A stretch of 64,000 nt of DNA, taken from assembly GCA_964016885.1 (NCBI GenBank), contig OZ024742.1:179552001-179616000 (forward strand). The letters run 5' to 3'. Each line of letters begins with the position of its first letter. The first letter of the stretch is position 1. Both the position numbers and the translations under genes were made by a program. Below the pieces are notes generated by a model. The model saw nothing but the letters and a program-made list of their open reading frames with translations. It was not told the origin of the DNA and ran no database searches. Shown here in pieces: positions 58,864 through 64,000 of this stretch. The stretch is from Eledone cirrhosa. Taxonomy: Eukaryota.

Positions 58864-58903
58864 TCAAAATATGAACAAAAATAGACATTCGTGTGATCAA
58901 GTA

Positions 58904-58970
58904 TATTTTATTATACACATTTCAGAGGTACTGAGCTATCTTCAACAGTACGTCCTCACCAGATAAAATA
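58904..58970 (-). ncRNA. Decayed hammerhead (CTGGTGA)
   Basis: Minus strand: TATTTTAT-CTGGTGA-...GTACTG/CAGTAC...-GAAA-TGTGTA-TA-ATAAAATA. Confidence 0.55.
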
Positions 58971-59360
58971 AGATGATGCATGACATACCCTGACTAAGTA
59001 GATGGTTAAAATTCAGTAGTGAATAAGATATGACAAAACTCAATATTTATATACCTTAAGATTGAGACATGAAAAAATTACATATAATACAGAGGGAGCG
59101 TGTGAGAAAGCTTATACAGATACATAATAATAAACAACTACTAATATAATACAAACTTACATAACTGTTAGAGATTCAAATAATTTAAATTATTGAAGAA
59201 AGAAGAAGTGAAAGACAGAGAGAGAAACAGATGAGGAAAAAGAGAGTTACTAGAAGTATAGAAATATCTTATGCACGAAAGCAAAAGAAAATTGATTAAG
59301 GATAGAGAGACGAGGATAAAATAATTTTTATAGTATAAAGCATAGGGAGGGAGATTTGTA

Positions 59361-59736
59361 TTGTATTATGCCTTTAGATTAATTGTATTATGCCTTTAGA
59401 TTAATTGTATTATGCCTTTAGATTAATTGTATTATGCCTTTAGATTAATTGTATTATGCCTTTAGATTAATTGTATTATGCCTTTAGATTAATTGTATTA
59501 TGCCTTTAGATTAATTGTATTATGCCTTTAGATTAATTGTATTATGCCTTTAGATTAATTGTATTATGCCTTTAGATTAATTGTATTATGCCTTTAGATT
59601 AATTGTATTATGCCTTTAGATTAATTGTATTATGCCTTTAGATTAATTGTATTATGCCTTTAGATTAATTGTATTATGCCTTTAGATTAATTGTATTATG
59701 CCTTTAGATTAATTGTATTATGCCTTTAGATTAATT
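59361..59736. repeat. Perfect 22-bp minisatellite, 17 copies
   Basis: (TTGTATTATGCCTTTAGATTAA)17, starting at the inner end of the left pLTR arm. Confidence 0.95.
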
Positions 59737-60377
59737 CACTATTTTGAACTAACATAAAGATTCGAAATTTAACGGTCATCAGGATACGTTGGGATATATA
59801 TAATTAATTAATAGTCTATTTCTAATTAACTTAAGGACTCGAAAATAAACCCGCATATAACTACACCCAGATATATTTGATATTTTGATTGATTATTTTT
59901 AGATAATTTAACGACTCGAAATTATTCATTCACAAAGCTATGCCCAAATATATATTTATTTATATATATATATTTGCATCATCTAACTATACACTATTTA
60001 TCCACGACAATACAAATCTCCCTCCCTATGCTTTATACTATAAATATTATTTTATCCTCGTCTCTCTATCCTTAATCAATTTTCTTTTGCTTTCGTGCAT
60101 AAGATATTTCTATACTTCTAGTAACTCGCTTTTTCCTCATCTGTTTCTCTCTCTGTCTTTCACTTCTTCTTTCTTCAATAATTTAAATTATTTGAATCTC
60201 TAACAGTTATGTAAGTTTGTATTATATTAGTAGTTGTTTATTATTATGTATCTTTATAAGTTTTCTCACACGCACCCTCTGTATTATATGTAATTTTTTC
60301 ATGTCTCAATCTTAAGGTATATAAATATTGAGTTTTGTCATATCTTATTCACTGCCATGACTTAATTTTAACCATCT

Positions 60378-61132
60378 CATCATCATCATCATTCTTCGAC
60401 TACTGTCGAGATGATGGATCTCACTCCCATGCCCCAGAATTCCCTGTCCCCCATCGCTGCCCCCAGGTCCTGTCTACTGATTCCCGTATCCCTAGAGATC
60501 ATTATGATCAGAAACAGGACCCGGGAAAGCAGGGGCTGGACCTATATCAACAGGTATACCATATAGTGTGGTTCCTTGAGGAACAGGAACTCTGGTGCAG
60601 TTAGTTGCGAAATCCATCATCTTTTCAAATAGCTAATAATGTGTGTGGGCGCCACTACTACACACATCTGAAAGAATTTGACAGCCAAGTCTTGAAGAAG
60701 GTGCTTTCTCCTCCGTGTGGTGGGTTACCCGGCGTCAGATACCAACCTGGCATTTATACCCTCGCCCTAATTGTTCGTGTTGCAAGCACTAGAGTAGTCG
60801 CTAACCAAAGCTACGGACCCACTCTATCCGTCTGGAGATACGTTGTACTAGCTTACCAGCATACTAGTAGCAGGAAATAACGTCAGGGAATGTGACTTTT
60901 CCGGCACTGCAACGCCTTTCGGCGGGCCGTGCTGGTTTTGGATGGCCATTGACTCCAAGAGCTCTAAGAGCTCCCAGGAGTTCCTTTGCCCTTTGACAGG
61001 TTTTGTTTTTAGTCCTGCAGGATGTCCAAAGTCACCCTCCTCACCAAGAAATCTTGGTGGGGTTGCCAGTTTAGTCGCCAGCGACCCGACCATGAGACAG
61101 GTTGTACTGGGATACATGTTACCAGTATCACC
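60378..61132 (-). mobile_element. Short non-autonomous RTE-derived element (5' UTR + 3' end) with 10-bp TSD
   Basis: TTAACCATCT at 60368-60377 and 61133-61142. (TGA)n tail at 60378. It splits the right pLTR arm. Confidence 0.8.
61066..61132 (-). ncRNA. Candidate HDV-like ribozyme at the element's 5' end (probably decayed)
   Basis: Minus strand: P1 GGTGAT/GTCGCT with G.U first pair, P2 CCAGT/ACTGG, P3 ACC/GGT around TGTCTCAT, GG after P1, J4/2 CTAA. Confidence 0.55.
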
Positions 61133-61171
61133 TTAACCATCTACTTAGTCAGGGTATGTCATGCATCATCT

Positions 61172-61238
61172 TATTTTATCTGATGAGGACGTTCTGTTGA
61201 AGATAGCTCAGTACCTCTGAAATATGTTTAATAAAATA
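61172..61238 (+). ncRNA. Hammerhead with intact core but damaged stem III
   Basis: TATTTTAT-CTGATGA-GGAC...CTCT-GAAA-TATGTT-TA-ATAAAATA. Confidence 0.55.
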
Positions 61239-61377
61239 TACTTGATCACACGAATGTTTATTTTTGTTAATGTTTTGAATTAATATTAATAACTCCAGAA
61301 AGCCATTACTGTGGAGTGCTTCTAATCTATTGTAAAACTTTATTCTTTAATTTATTCCTTGAACCTTGTTTAACCTT

Positions 61378-61465
<88 letters not shown>

Positions 61466-61576
61466 TAATTCAAGAAAGAAGAGGGACATGGTTTGCTATA
61501 CAATAAGGGGTTTATTCACATTTGTGGACTACATCTAAGTGGACTGCCTATAACGATGACCTGTTATCCTGTGTAT

Positions 61577-61684
<108 letters not shown>

Positions 61685-62780
61685 GCATAGATAAATACAT
61701 ACATATTTACAGGTATATTTATATATATATCGCCATTTTTCTAATCCTTATGGGACTTTACATTCAAAATCTTCATTAGAAGTCCTATAAACAGCAACCA
61801 GGTAAATTTCTTTGATTTGATTTGTTTCAGATGTATTCAATTACAGATTTTCGATGAGATCGAGTCCCGTTCTGTCTGTGTGTGTAAAGTATATTCACCC
61901 GATCTCTTAAAATTTTACACATTGCTAAAGGAGGATGCGAGATGTTTTTATAAAAGAAACATAACCACTTTAGATGACGCTGTATATTGTGTATTACAAG
62001 ACTCTTTTATTAATTACCACTGATGAACTGTAATACTTCTAGAACCTACAAGGTAGACAAGTATTGTGCTCAGTAATTTGATTGCCGATGTCTCGAAATA
62101 TAGTTGCTGTGACAATTCCTTAACGACATATACAGCATTGTGTTTCACAATTTCTTCTCGGTGATCAGTCAGTTTGTAATGATATTTTCTTTGAACATTT
62201 GCAGTAGGTTCTGTAGTATAACAGTCTCTGGTTGACAGTTAATGATTTGAGAAGGAAGTAGAAAGTTCAGAATAGAAGAGAGAGAGAGGGACAGTAAAAG
62301 AAAGACAGAGAATATCTATAGGAGGGAAACATCGACAGAAAGAAAGAGACAAAGAAAAAAGGGGAAGAGAGAGAGAAGGCTGTGTGAGAGAAGGGACTGG
62401 CAAAAAGAGAGAGAAAGAAGAGGCTGTGTGAGAAGGGAAAGAGAGAGAGAGTGAGACAGTAAGTAACCACATGTTGTGATGAAATGAAAGAGAAGCAGAC
62501 GACAACAATATGAAATATTAAACACGATATTAGAAAAATATTTTTGTAAATATGACAATATTTTATATATGCATGCATAGATAAATACATACATATGTTT
62601 CAGGTATATTTATATATGTATATATTTTATATATACATACATGCATAGATAAATACATGCATATGGTTACAGGTATATTTATATATACCTGTAAATATTA
62701 GAACTCCCATAAACTGCAACGAGGTAAATTTCTTTGATTTGATTTGTTTCAGATTTATTCAATTACAGATTTTCCATAGA

Positions 62781-64000
62781 ATGCCTCGAAAAAGCAAGAG
62801 TCACATTGGAAGAAAAACAAGAAATGCTTTTACTTTGCGTTCTTTGCGCGCAAGCGAGACAGAAGAACAATGTATGCTACGGCGTGCTCGCAATGCTGCT
62901 TCTACTTCGATCGCCAGAGCATTACAGACTGCTGAACAAGCAGAACTCCGGCTTGCTTTCGATGCTGCTTCTACTTCAAATAGCCGTGCTTTAGAGACTG
63001 TTGACCAAAGGGCAACAAGGTTTGCGGCTGATTCTCAACAGAAAATGCGTTCTTATGTCTTTCCGAGGATTTTTCTTGTTACTGGTCTAAGAAGGCTTTT
63101 CATTACAGCCTCCAAGAGGACTACGCATCCCACCCACATATCATCATTAGTAGCATGTCAACTGTTTGCGTCCATTGTAACGCAATGAGGTGGCCAGCAG
63201 ATTCTACCGGTATATGCTGCTCCAATGGAACAGTTAGATTGCCTCATTTACAAGTCGGTACCGAACCTTTGAATTCTCTGCTGCTTGGAGACCACCCTTA
63301 TTCTAAACACTTTCTTAGAAATATAAGAGCCTATAATTCGGCTTTCCAAATGACAAGCTTTGGTCATACACCAATAAAACATGGAAATTATATGCCCACA
63401 TTCAAAGTGCAAGGCCAAATTTACCATCAAATTTGCTCCATTATTCCACAAGATGGCGATGAACACAGTTTTCTCCAGATTTACTTTATGGGGAACGGAC
63501 CTGAAGAAACTGCACGAAGAGCTTCAGTTGCTAAAGGAACAATATCTTTTCTTCTGCAGCCCCTTCAATATATGCTTCATACCATAAACCCCTAAGTCAC
63601 CATTTTCAAAACTGCTTTTCAGCGTAGAGATGCTAACACCAATTAATTCAAGATTATTATTTAAGTTGACCGCGCTCCACCAGAGCAGCATCAGGGTTCA
63701 TTTACCAGACCCCAAACCGATGAAGTTGTGGTGCTTATAACAAGTCCTAAATGAGAGTGCTTCAAACCGTGATATTGTTCTTGAATGGCAGGACTCGCGT
63801 CTTCAAAAAATAAATGAACTTCATCCTGAATATGATGCCTCCAATATCGATTACTGTTCCCCATTGGCTACGATGGCTACCGCATTGACTTGCCAAAGTG
63901 TAATCCGGTAACTTTAATGCATCTTCAACCACGGAAAACCATTTCAAAAATGGAATTTTATGCATTTAGGCTTATTGTTCGCAAAAACGACATCAATCAA
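62781..64000 (+). mobile_element. Helitron RepHel N-terminal region, disrupted; runs off the window end
   Basis: CVHCNAMRW...CCSNGTVRLP...FLRNIRAYNSAFQMTSFG...FKVQGQIYH...FLQIYF, then RDIVL and ELHPEYDA, with stops and frameshifts. Confidence 0.88.

Larger units (their letters stand above)
58861..61380. mobile_element. Non-coding Penelope-type pLTR pair in inverted orientation
   Basis: Left arm at 58861-59364. Right arm at 60007-60377 plus 61143-61281. Tail runs to (TA)n, and each arm carries an HHR motif. Confidence 0.8.

Noticed and set aside
59760-59792. Minus-strand CTGATGA
   Set aside because: No GAAA/stem III or stem I partner.
62020-62105. CTGATGA followed by a hairpin
   Set aside because: GAAA is not adjacent to the stem II closure and there is no stem I or III.

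Overview
AT-rich, repeat-dominated animal DNA. The tRNA-derived SINE families and (TA)n load suggest an octopod cephalopod, which is an inference. There is one host gene: a 5-exon, + strand, probably secreted serine beta-lactamase/PBP-family protein of about 520 aa (9126-26085), with SxxK, Y-x-(N>S) and HTG motifs and phase-compatible GT-AG introns. The rest is mobile DNA: Penelope-like elements with inverted pLTRs, a near full-length R4/Dong LINE, Tx1, RTE, CRE and CR1 LINE remnants, a mariner remnant, Helitrons, MITEs, SINEs and a 200-N gap. The main hidden signal is a dense set of predicted self-cleaving RNAs, folded by eye and untested. About 14 intact-looking and several decayed type I hammerhead ribozymes (HHRs) lie in (TA)n-embedded elements. 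They include a 5.3 x 317-bp near-perfect tandem array with one U3-A8 variant HHR per unit (a retrozyme/circRNA-like locus) and two sense-strand HHRs in intron 1 of the gene. An HDV-like fold begins exactly at the 5' end of an RTE-derived insertion, and a multi-pseudoknot lies in the R4/Dong 5' UTR.
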